From: Octopus bimaculoides
Lineage: Eukaryota
NCBI RefSeq assembly: GCF_001194135.2
Contig: NC_068981.1
Span: 128,546,327 to 128,610,326, forward strand
Direction: 5' to 3'
DNA: 64,000 bases
Notes under the pieces: model-generated
Database searches by the model: none
The model's input: the letters and a program-made list of their open reading frames with translations, nothing else
Told to the model about the DNA's origin: nothing
Program-made: the position numbers and the translations under genes
In this document: piece after piece, positions 13,380 to 24,473 of the stretch
Layout: each line of letters begins with the position of its first letter
Position numbering within the stretch: the stretch's first letter is position 1

Positions 13380-13625
13380 CAGCTGCAGGCTGGACGAGGC
13401 CTCATGGCAAGCCCCACACCAGATTGCTGGACATGATTGGGGAAGATCTCCAGAGTCTTGACATCACCTTAGAGGATGCTGAGGGGCTGGCACGGGACAG
13501 CCAATGAGGGAGAGCACTGGTGACCTGGTTGGCTCTACACAAGATGACTCCTTTGGGACCATTAACTTGGAATGACCCCAGCCCCACAAGCAAGAGCACG
13601 AAGCCAAGTCAAGCCAATCATCATC
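13380..13625 (+). mobile_element. RTE-type LINE 3' fragment
   Basis: AGWTRPHGKPHTRLLDMIGEDLQSLDITLEDAEGLARDSQ followed by a short repeat tail. Confidence 0.6.
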
Positions 13626-14280
13626 ATCAAATATCATCATCATCGTTGTCATCATCGTTTAACGTCCGCTTTCCATGCTAGCATGGATTGGACGTTGCAT
13701 AATAAGTATTACATGGTTCCGGATTCAATCTTACTGCATGGAATCTTGGCCAGGTATTTTCCGCTCTAACCTTAGGCTGACCAAAGCCTTTGTGAGTGGT
13801 TTTGGTAGACAGAAGTTGAAATAAGTCTGTCATATGTAAAAGATAAAAGATATAGTATATGAACATCCAAAAAACATCATTACAATAGAGCAAGCTGACT
13901 AGAAATTATACGTTTTGTACTTTTAGTACTTTTAGATTTATTGCAGTCATGTTTGACATATAATACATTCAAATGCAGGCTATTATTAACTTTGTTATTA
14001 GTAAAGAGAAATGTATTTGTTATGCAAATGTTTTGTATATTTTCTGAAACTAATCTAACCTTACTGAACCTAATCTAACTTATCATTGTCATAGGTTAGG
14101 TTTTGTTAGGTGGAGTTAAATTACTTTTGAAAAATATACAAAATTTATGATCATACTCTCTCTTTATAGATTTTATTTTCAGCTGAATTATTTTTACCAA
14201 ATTATAGGCTTTTTGTGTTATTAATATAGAGATAGGGATATTTAGATAGAGAAATATATTTAATTTCTAAATGAAAAATA

Positions 14281-14455
14281 AGGCAGTGAGCTGGCAGAAA
14301 CGTTAGCATTTCATCTGTCTTTACATTCTGAGTTCAAATTCCAACAAGGTTGACTTTGCCTTTCATCCTTTCGGGGTTGATAAATTAAATACCAGTTGCA
14401 TACTGGGATCAATCTAATCGACTGGCCCCCTCCCCCCAAATGGCTGGAGTAGAAA
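14281..14455 (+). mobile_element. Family-A SINE
   Basis: ggcagtgagctggcagaaacgttagc..gagttcaaattcc..gcctttcatcctttcgggg. Further solo copies at about 40560-40745(-), 43020-43225(+), 52190-52410(-), 52437-52650(+), 56790-56985(-). Confidence 0.85.
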
Positions 14456-15189
14456 AGAATTTCTAAATTAAAACAAAAATCCATTACATGCAAATGTCTT
14501 CTATGGTTCACTTGTTTCAGTTATTGGACTGCAGTCATCCTGGGATACAACTTTGAAGAATTTCGTTGAATAGGTGAACGTCACTACTTTTTTTGTACTG
14601 TTACTTATTCTGTTGGTCCCGTTTGCTGAACCATTTAGTTACATGGATGTAAATAAACCAACACCTCACCAACAGTGAGGGACACACAGCACAAAGATAC
14701 ACACTCATACACACACACACACACACACACACATGCACACATACACACACACACACACATGCACACACACACACACACATGCACACACACACACGCGCAC
14801 AACAGGCTTTTTAGCTTCTTTTAGTTTCTGCTTACTAAATCCACTCACAAGGCTCTGGTCAGCCTAGGACTATAGCACCAGACTCTTGCTCAAGGTGCCA
14901 CTCAGTGGGACTGAACCCAAAGTCACATGATTTAACCATACAGCCACACCTGCATCCAAAGGGTTTTTAAAAAAAAGGAAGCATTGCATACACCACAGTT
15001 AGCTGTGTAATGCTATGTATTGGGTGAATGACTGGATAATAGAAGAGTGATAAAAAAGCAATCAACATTTCACTACTACACATCCAATATATTTTACACC
15101 ACTCTCTTGAACGTATACCTTTTCTTTTACTAAAAGTTTTAGCACTCCACACCTTCCCCTCACTAATTTCTTAATTCATCTATTATTTA

Positions 15190-16610
15190 AATTCATTCAC
15201 TTGTGAAGCAGGAACACCTGCTGAATGATCTCAAGTCACTAAGCCTATATGTGCAATCATTAATGAAACAAGAATATCAAAGATATACTTGTTTGCCCTT
15301 CTTTCAGCTGACTTTCAGTCTACACTTTTTTTAGCCAACCCAGATTTAGTGGCCTAGCAATGCTGCTTCAAAAAGCTATGGTATGATCTTCTTATACTTT
15401 GATAGTTGGTCAGTGGTCCTAGATGTGAACAACAATGGAAAGGGTAGGACTGTTTATGCCCCAACATAAACAGGATTTCTTCAGATTTCTAGAGACATTC
15501 CTAGGAACCTCTCTCTTATAAATCTTGGTGAGTGACTGGTATGACATCTTAAATGAGCACAGAGATTGTGGAGAGTAGCTAATAGAAGAGAGGGAATAAA
15601 AAGTCTCGTACATCCACTCAATCTCTAACAGGTATCACATGAATTTTCTGAATATACTAATGTGGACTTAACAAACCACAATGGATCATTCATGACACAT
15701 ACAGTTTTCATAAGAGTTAACAGTTCAATTATAAAATAAATTGTCCATAATTAAACTGGAAACTTAATACATCATTCCCAGCACAAAAAGGTTTCAGAGA
15801 TGAGATGAATTAGTTTAGATGGAGTTGACAGGTGCAAATTATTAATAAGAGAAAGTGGGTTTCACTAAAAGAAAATTAGAGTAAACTCTATCAATTTTAG
15901 CTGCTGAGTAGAAAAGGAAAACAGAAAAGATATTTCATACAACATGCTTATGGTTTGAGTTGACCTTGACCACACCAATGATATATTGTTTATGCGAGAG
16001 TACATGCTCAGAAACACAACTCAGCAAAAATTGTTCAATAGGCCTAGATTGTAAAGGCATTGTGTGACAACAAAGGCTGCAGCATGTGTGAGCTATCTGA
16101 TTTCCTGTAGATGTGAGCAGTTTTTCAGCAGTACTTTGCTAAATTGTTCACAGGGAACAAAGAACTGAAGATAGATATCAATGGTCTATTGAAATTCTTG
16201 TTTGAAGATGTTGAGTGCTTTAAAACCAACTTCAGCAGATGAAGTAGCAAACATGTTGAGCAACTATGCAAGGGTCAAATTACCAGAACTATATAGTCTG
16301 CTCTGCAAATTTTATTCTTACAAGCCTGATCTATTTGCTACCATCTTAGCATCTGTTAATTGCAACTGGCAGCATTCCGAGTCATGTGAGGCAAGGACTA
16401 GTGGCAATGCTGAGAATGGATTTGCCCAAGGAGTACATAATAGGTAACTTCAGGTCTATAATTCTGTTCTACTCAAAATCAAAGATTTTGGCAAAGGTAC
16501 TTGCAAAGACATTGACACTTTTTATCTTTAGTATAGTCAAAGGCACACAAAGATGTATAGTTCCTGGCAAATTATCCATAACAACTTTCACCTTGTACAA
16601 TATATTGTAA
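15190..16610 (+). mobile_element. Decayed L1/Tx1-type LINE (endonuclease to early RT)
   Basis: GNFRSIILFYSKSKILAKVLAKTLTLFIFSIVKGTQRCIVPGK resembles the RT domain 1-2 motif NFRPITLLN.D.KILAKVLA.RL; heavily disrupted. Confidence 0.7.
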
Positions 16611-17565
16611 AGTGGTAAAGTGGGCTGAGAGAGGAAATCAAGAAAGAAAGAGTGAAGGAGAGAGAGAGAGAGAGAATTAAAGCATGGGTTGAAGTAAGAG
16701 ATGAGTTGGAGGTAGAAATTGTAATAAAATTCTTGAAATAGTCAAAATAAATATATATTTTTTTTTAAATTTGTTTTTCATATCATTGTCATTAAATTAC
16801 TTTATCATTAGAAATAAATATTGATGATAGCTAAGTTAACAAGTGACAATCATTTAGTGCTGATATCAACCATCACTCACTTGAACTGAAAGAATGAGAG
16901 AGAGAGAGAGGGAGATAGAATTGCAAATGAAAAAGAAAGAATGAAAGAGAGAAAGAGTTGTAAGTATCATGTGACCAAAAGAACAGATGACATAAATATT
17001 GTATAGATTCTTATGATACATATACTGTCTGTGTTGTTAGAAATTTACTCTCTAATCATATGATTTCAGTCCATTGTGCAGCACCTTGGGCAAGTGTCTC
17101 CTACTACAGCCCTAGGTTGACCAAAGATTTCTGAGTGGATTTGGTAGATGGGAACTAAAAGTAGCTCATCCTATATGTATATATATTTCTGGTGTGTGTG
17201 TGTGTATGTTTGTCTGTGTGTCCCCTTTTGTCTTAACATCATGTGGTGTTTGTGAATGAGTATTGTTCAATTCTAGTCTTCTGTGAAAACATGCCTAGCC
17301 ATGATGAACAATTACCTTACTTGGAAATAGGTGAGGCTAGGTGACAGGAAGGGCATCCAGCTGTAGATAATTTTAACTCACTGAATTCTATTTGACCCAT
17401 ACAAGCATGGAAAAGTAGACATTAAAAAAACGATGATGGTGATAATGATGACGATCATCATCATAATTAAACAGTGTTATTTTTATTGATAAAATCATCA
17501 TCATCACCATTTAGTGTTCATGTTCAATGCTGGCATAGGTTTCACAGTTTGACAAAATCTGAGGG

Positions 17566-17879
17566 TTCTGTATTTAAGAGATGAGGAATTATGTACATTA
17601 TTTACATTTCACAGATATATGCCTACGGGCATATGGTGTAGTGGTTAAGAGCATGAGCTACTAACCCCATGATTCTGAGTTCAATTCCAGGCAGTGACCT
17701 GAATAATTTATAATAATAATAATAATAATAATTACATCGAAAAATACCTTAGGAATGAGAACCCAGGTTCGAAATTTCCCCAAGACTTCTGATGAAGGCT
17801 GGGGGGTATATCAGCTGAAATGTTGTGTTAACAACAAACAACATGAGGACAAATATCCGTCAAATGTAAATAATGTAAG
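17566..17879 (+). mobile_element. tRNA-headed SINE-like element with a hammerhead-like 3' module and an inverted copy of its 3' end upstream
   Basis: Head at 17627 (A box tggtgtagtgg, B box gagttcaattcc); CTGATGA at 17789 and GAAA at 17817. 17593-17620 is an inverted copy of 17847-17877. Direct repeat atctgaggg at 17557-17565 and 17880-17888. Confidence 0.75.
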
Positions 17880-18436
17880 ATCTGAGGGGTCCAAGGATAG
17901 TATCATGCTTTAGTGTCTGCTTTTGTATGGTTTCTATAGCTGGATGCTTTTCCCAATGTCAACCATTTACAGTGTGTACTGGGCACTCTTTTTGTATCAC
18001 TGGTACAATTGAAGTCACTATGCAGTTGGTAATACTACAAACCCCAAATGAATGGAGGGTCAGTTTTATGTTAGTGAATGAGGGGTTGGAATATGAGAGA
18101 AGGCAGGTGAAGAAAGAGAGCAGTTTCTTGCAGAAGAGTTGCATGGTGACTCACATCTAATAGCAAAGGGAGGGAATGATCAGTAGGAGGTGTGGTATGA
18201 TAGATAGGAGATGAGATGTCCAGATGGCCCTTCAAGGCACAGAGTTCATAGAAGTGAGTGGGGCAACATATTTATTGCAAATATACAAATGACAAATTTG
18301 TTTAATTTTTATCTTATTTTAAACTAATATATCTTACTATTGTTATACTTGGGGATGCTTATATTTTGCCAATTAAACACATACACTATATGTTTGGTCT
18401 TTATTTCAGCTTCATTATTATTATTTTTGCTCCATT

Positions 18437-18479
18437 GTCAAAGCTCTTTTGTCACACGTCCTGTGACCTCTTCAGTGAC
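18437..18479 (-). ncRNA. Penelope-type minimal hammerhead motif, core mutated (GAAA>AAAA)
   Basis: Minus strand: GTCA CTGAAGA G GTCACA GGACG TGTGAC AAAA GAGC TT TGAC. Same helix II stem as 7994-8038. Confidence 0.6.
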
Positions 18480-19026
18480 TCTTTATCCCACATTAATTGG
18501 AAAAATATGACTGTCCCCAACTATAACAATATTTGTTTCAACCCAAAGATTTCACATCAAGAATCTTGCAAAACAAACTCATAAATGTAATATATCATAT
18601 TATTTTCAAAATTGGATTAATTTCCTAATTTGTATTAAAAAAAAAAACGCGAAATTTGAAAGTACCTAAATAATATAACTTATTCATTAGACAGTGGCAA
18701 AAACATGTTCCCAACATTAAAACACTGTCATATGATGAGTAACACTACTAATAATACACATTGTAGGTTGCTTGGTATTGCCAAACATATCATACTATAA
18801 TACATGAAATTAATAATTAATTTTATTCTATCATTTGTTTCAGTCATTTGACTGTGGCCATGCTGAAGCACCACCTTTAGTCAAGCAAATTGACCACAGG
18901 ACTTATTCGTTCTAAGCCTAGTACTTATTCTATCAATCTCTTTGCTGAACTGCTAAGCTATGGGGACGTAAACACACCAACATCGGTTGTCAAGTGATGG
19001 TAGGGGGACAAGCACAGACACATAAG

Positions 19027-19096
<70 letters not shown>

Positions 19097-19662
19097 CATA
19101 TATATATATACACGACAGGCTTCTCTCAGTATCCATCTACCAAATCCACTCACAAGGCTTCGTCAGCCCAAGGTGCCACGCAGTGGGACTGAACCCGGAA
19201 CCATGTGGATGGTAAACAACCTACTTACCACAGCCACTCTTGCACCTATAGCCACTCCTGTGCCTATATATCTGCTATTAGTTGTTAATTAAACAGCATT
19301 GTTCATTTTATTTAATTTTGTTGTTTTAGCTTATCAAAAATTTCTGTTTTGACAATTAGCACTCCATTTCTTTGTGCAAGCTCCATGAAATGTGCAAGCT
19401 CCATGAAATGTGCAAGGAAAAAATTCAAATTATGGCAATTGTGCTTAAATTATTACCATCATACACACATGCACACACACATCATTATTTGAGTTCTGAA
19501 AACATTGCTAATCAAATTTCTATAAATACTTAATCATAGCAATCCTAATCTCAAATTATATATAAAATATTCTTCCTTTATCTCTCCTTCCTCTTCTCAC
19601 TTTATCTATTTATCTGTTTATCTCTGCATTTCTTCTGCTCTCTCTTTCTCTTTCTGCCTGTT

Positions 19663-19716
<54 letters not shown>

Positions 19717-19759
19717 CATCGTTTAATGTCNNNNNNNNNNATATATATATATATATATA

Positions 19760-21020
19760 TCATCGTTTAATGTCCGCTTTCCATGCTAGCATAGGCTGGA
19801 CGATTTGACTGAGGACTGGCGAACCAGATGGCTACACCAGACTCCAATCTGATCTGACAGAGTTTCTACAGCTGGATGCCCTTCCTACCACCAACCACCC
19901 TGAGAGTGTAGTGAGTGCTTTTTACATGCCACCGACACGAGGGCCAGTCCAGCAGTATTGGCAATGGCCACGCTCAAATGGTGTTTTTTTACATGCCACC
20001 TGCACAGGAGTCAGCCCAATGTTTTGCTTACATGCCAACAGGTCTTCGCAAGCTGAGTTTAGTGTTCAATGAAGGAAAGTTGGCATGGGTGCCAGTCAAC
20101 GAATTTGGTTCAATTTTCAATTTCGATTTCACTTGCCTCAACAGGTCTTCGCAAGCAGAGTTTTGTGTCCAAAGAGGGAAAGGTAGGCATAAGTGGGCTG
20201 GCCACACCCCTTGTAAAGGCCACTGGTTATGGTCTCACTTGTCTTGCCAGGTCTTCTCACGCACAGCATATTTCCAAAGGTCTCGGTCACAAGTTATTGC
20301 CTCGGTGAGGCCTAATGTTCGAAGGTAGTGCTTCACCACCTCATCCCAGGTTTTCCTAGGTCTACCTCTTCCACATGTTCCCTCAACCGCTAGGGTGTGG
20401 CACTTTTTCACACAGCTATCCTCATCTATTCTCGCCACGTGACCATACCAGCGCAATCGTCTCTCTTGCACACCACAACTGATGCTTCTTAGATTCAACT
20501 TTTCTCTCAAGGTACTTACACTCTGTCGAATATGCACACTGACATTATACATCCATTGGAGCATACTGGCATCATTCCTTGCGAGCTTACGCATGCCCTC
20601 AGTAGTCATGGCCCATGTTTCACTGCATAGCTGTTTGTACACATACGTCATACAGTCTGCCTTTTACTCTGAGCAAGAGGCCCTTTGTCACCAGCAGAGG
20701 TAAGAGTTCTCTGAACCTTGCTCAGGTTATTCTTATTCTAGCAGCTACAGTTTCAGCACACCCTCCCCCACTACTTACTTTGTCACCTAGGTAATGGAAG
20801 CTATCAACTACTTCTAGTTTTTCTCCCTGGAATGTGGCAGAAGTTGTTCTCTGTACATTTCCAGTGTTTATTGCTCCTAAGCATCTGCCACATACAAAAA
20901 CTATCTTGCTAGTTAGCCTTTCTTTGATATTGCTGCACCTCTTATGTGTCCATAGCTTACACTGGGTACATCTTATAGAGTTTCTACCTACACCTTTTCT
21001 ACAGATCGAGCAAGGCCATC
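19760..21020 (-). mobile_element. RTE LINE, 3' 1.26 kb (ORF2 C-terminus with PHD-like finger, 3' UTR, (GAT)n tail); runs into an N-gap
   Basis: WPCSICRKGVGRNSIRCTQCKLWTHKRC..CGRC..KLEVVDSFHYLGD..LRWYGHVAR..GRGRPRKTWDEVVK; one stop and a frameshift seen. Confidence 0.93.
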
Positions 21021-21084
21021 NNNNNNNNNNATATATATATAAAGAATAAGGAGAAAATGGATAGGTAAGTAATAAAATTATTTA

Positions 21085-21517
21085 TTAATTGTAAAATATG
21101 ACAACATCTCTGACAGCTGTTTCGATTCAGAAATCTTTAGATAATTGATTAAAATCATTATAAGATGAATCTCTTCAGAGGTAGTAAGGATGTACCAATT
21201 AGAAATGCATGTCGAGATAAAGGCTCTGAAAATGTTTACAAAAAGAGCCGGTGACAGAATGAACCAATCAAATATAGGGGAGAAAGTTGTGTATATTATT
21301 ATGTCTTAAAGAAAGAAAAGAAGAGATTAATATAATCAACATGTATTTCTAATTGGTATATCTCAACATGTACGATATATTTCAACATGTATTTTTAATC
21401 AGTATATCCTTACTACCTCTGAAGAGATTCATCTTATAAAGATTTTAATTTTATAAATAAATTAAAGATTTCTGAATCGTAACATCTGTCAGAGATGTTG
21501 TCATATTTTATAATTAA
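21085..21517. repeat. Inverted repeat (about 130-140 bp arms) of a Penelope-like terminal repeat
   Basis: 21085-21217 is the reverse complement of about 21378-21517. Example: aaaatatgacaacatctctgacagctgtttcgattcagaaatcttta versus taaagatttctgaatcgtaacatctgtcagagatgttgtcatatttt. Confidence 0.9.
21100..21197 (-). ncRNA. Type I hammerhead ribozyme motif with intact catalytic core
   Basis: Minus strand: ..acatcct tactac CT CTGAAGA GATTC(long stem-loop)GAATC GAAA C AGCT G TC / AG AGATGT. Predicted GUC cleavage between 21112 and 21111. Confidence 0.7.
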
Positions 21518-23687
21518 CTAGCAGTATAACCTGACGTTGTCCTGGTGTGACTTATTATGCCATCTACGATAAGTCTTGCTAGGTGAAAATCAACTAAAAA
21601 AGAAAGCCTTACAACGAAAAACCCTTATGATGTAAATATGTTCATAATTCAAAAGACGATGAAATTAATAGGGAAAGTCTGAAGGCTGTTTTGCGTAACA
21701 TTATTAAGTGTACATAAATTTCATCAGTCTAATTGACTATACAAATGCTTGTGCAAAACAACTTTTTGCACTGCCTTGATTATACATAGCAGGGTAATTC
21801 CTTTTCGCAGGAGGTAGGACGGCAATTTCTGATGAAGCAATTGCTGGCAATCTGTTGCTACACAGTTCTGCCAGAATTCTATCAGATTGGGCAGTAGATG
21901 TTGATGCACCATTTTGCATTATGTTCAAAGTAGCTTCTGGAATGTGGTGAATTGCTGCAGTCTGTTGCTGTCTTTTTAAACTGGTTGCTTTCTTTCCTCA
22001 GCAAGCTCTCTTGTTTGGAGGCATAATCTATGTGCATATTAAACAGAACAACAAAAGTTATAACAGATGGCAGGGTCGATAGTTTTCACATTTCAGTAAT
22101 TTTTCAGATTAACACCCGCACAATTACATAACCCTAACCCTAAAACTCTAACCTTAAAACCCTAACCCTGACCCTAAAACCGTAACCGTAACACTAACCC
22201 TCATCGTAACCCTAACCCTGACCCAAAAACTATAACCCTAACACCCTAGTGAAAATCGTGCAGGTGTTAATCTGAAAAATTACCCACATTTGTAATGAAG
22301 TTCACTGATTTGCAATGTGTTGTCCATAAGCTCCGTAGTTTGTATATTTACAAAACATTGACGAACATGAGCTTGTGTGTACGTGCACGTGTATGCGTTT
22401 GAGAGAGCGAGAGAGAAGAGGGAGAGACGAAAAGAGAGAGAGGGGGAGAAAGGAATAGAGAACGGGAGCAATGAAGAAAGAGAAAGAGAGGAAGGGAGAA
22501 CGGAAGACAGTTATAAAATAGCAATGCATGTGCATGTTTATATAAGAAACACACAGAAAGTAAATCTTATATCTATAATGTTGATGCGTGTATGTGTTTA
22601 TGTGTATGTTGTTGTCACAGATCACATATGTGTGTGTTTTTACGTTTCTATGTTATGAAAAATATGTTAGAGGTAGAGGGATAGAAGAAAGCTATTAAAT
22701 GGGAGAGAGGAAGAAGAACGAAGTAAGAGTGAAAAGGTAGAAGGAAAGAATAGTCTTAAAGCAAGTTAATCTATGACTTTGTATGTATCACTCTCTCTCT
22801 CTCTCTCTCTTTTTTATTCTTACTCTGTATATTATATGTTGAGCGCGTGATCGATGTGTAAGAACGCCGATACAGGTAGAAGCGAAAAAATATAAAAGTT
22901 GCTAGAAACAACAGCCAAATCTCCCTTAAATCACACAAAGTAAACGGAGTTTTAAAAAATCTAATTACTGCAATGGAAAGTTCACATCTAGAAAATTCCA
23001 TTGATGTAAAAATTTGTACGAAAAAGTGGAAAATGTGGATTTCTATAAACTTTTAAAAAGGCTTCACACAGATAAAGAATTTCAGCATTATATATTAAGA
23101 TGGGCAACACACACACTAAAAAAAAAAAAAAATGACAGGTATTTGTATATATGTGTGTATTAATGTGTATTCTGTGTGTCTCTCTCTCTATATATATATG
23201 ATAGTAAGTAAATGCGTTTTAAGAAAGATGATTCAAAAAATTCAGTTTGTAGGGAATAAATGTTTGACTGTCGATCGTATTTGGAAGAGACTGACAGGTA
23301 TTTGTATGTATGTGTTTATTCAGTTTTGATAATGAAATAGTTTTCTTTTACTGTCAGTTTTTCTCCTTCCTTTCTTTTTGTATTTGTTGTTGGATTGTTC
23401 GTAAAGGTTCATAAGAGAAAGTAGGAGCTGAAGGGATTTGTAAAGGTAGTAGAAAGAGGAAATTAGATTTTATTAGGGGGGCAAATGTTTATTTGTGTAG
23501 TTTTATGGATTTTATTCGTTATTAAGAGTCATTTTGACTGAAAAAATGACGCAGTGACCTAACTAATTGTATTTAGAATATTAATTCTGATTCTTTAATC
23601 CAAGAAATTTGGAATTGTGTAAATGTATGAATTTTAAACATACACACACACACAGAGAAAATCTGCCTTTTATAGATAAGATATAGA
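21518..23687 (-). mobile_element. Non-autonomous Helitron
   Basis: Minus strand A|TC.. 5' end (23687, alternative 23676) and ..imperfect hairpin..CTAG|T 3' end (21518). No TSD. Contains a decayed MPPNKRAC*GKKATSLKRQQQ.. frame. Confidence 0.65.
22095..22284. mobile_element. TIR element (Merlin-like MITE) with internal degenerate (TAACCC)n array
   Basis: 26-bp TIRs with 1 mismatch (22096-22121 and 22258-22283). Flanks cacatttc and cacatttg give a 7/8 match to an 8-bp TSD. Confidence 0.75.
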
Positions 23688-23851
23688 TGTCTCATTCTAT
23701 TTCGTATATAATTTATAACTGTCCTATTGTTTCTGTCTACTCCTCTCCATCCTATCACAAGTTATCTTCTTTTCTTCAGCTCACATTTGCACAGCTAGTT
23801 TTATAATAATGATAAAAGGATTGAGTTTTATATTTTTGTATTTCTTCCTAG

Positions 23852-24061
23852 GATTTGGAACATTAACATTAAAAGATGGAAGCTATTACAAAGGAAACTT
23901 CTACAATGGGGAAATAGAAGGCAGTGGTTTTAAATATTTTGCTGAAACAGACAATAAATATACTGGAGAGTTCAAAGCAGGAGAACTTCATGGGCAAGGA
24001 ATAATGGAATACAAAAATGGTTTTGTTTATGATGGAAACTGGTGTGAAAATAAGAAAGAAG
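23852..24061 (+). CDS. MORN1: MORN repeat-containing protein 1, internal exon (phase 1-1)
   Basis: ttcctag| acceptor, G|gtcagc donor. GFGTLTLKDGSYYKGNFYNGEIEGSGFKYFAETDNKYTGEFKAGELHGQGIMEYKNGFVYDGNWCENKKEG is MORN repeats aligning to vertebrate MORN1 ([25 protein letters not shown].., recalled from memory). Confidence 0.93.
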
Positions 24062-24257
24062 GTCAGCATTCTTTATTCACAAAAATGCCAAAATTTAATA
24101 GCAGTTGAGGTAGTGGATTGGCGGATTGACAAATGAATTGTAGTATTTCAGTTATTTTTGTATATTCTGAGTTGAAATCCAGCAATGTCTTCTTTGCCTT
24201 CCATTCATCCACAAACAATAGCATAGGTATTAATAATGCTGTTGATGATCAAATTAT

Positions 24258-24473
24258 CCCTTTAACATTCAAACCAGCCATATCCACTCTATTTTACCTG
24301 TTTTATGGTCAAACTGGCCAGATCTGGCCTCTGCCAACTACCCTATAATGTTATTCTAAAAACGAACAATCACATCATCAAAATCTCAAAGCTAAAAGAT
24401 AATGTATGATTAATTGAAAACAATGTGAATAAATAAGCATTACCTTTGACAGAATAATCTGAATGTTAAAGGG
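24258..24473. mobile_element. piggyBac-like MITE
   Basis: CCCTTTAACATT...AATGTTAAAGGG|ttaa. Confidence 0.7.

Noticed and set aside
17627-17700. Stand-alone tRNA gene
   Set aside because: A and B boxes are present but there is no complete acceptor stem or terminator; it is the head of a repeat.
19700-19775. Apparent tandem duplication of (AT)n-catcgtttaatgtc
   Set aside because: The two copies flank a 10-N gap, so they are probably overlapping contig ends.
22129-22250. (TAACCC)n as a true telomere or chromosome-fusion scar
   Set aside because: Short, degenerate and enclosed by TIRs with a TSD; it is part of a mobile element.
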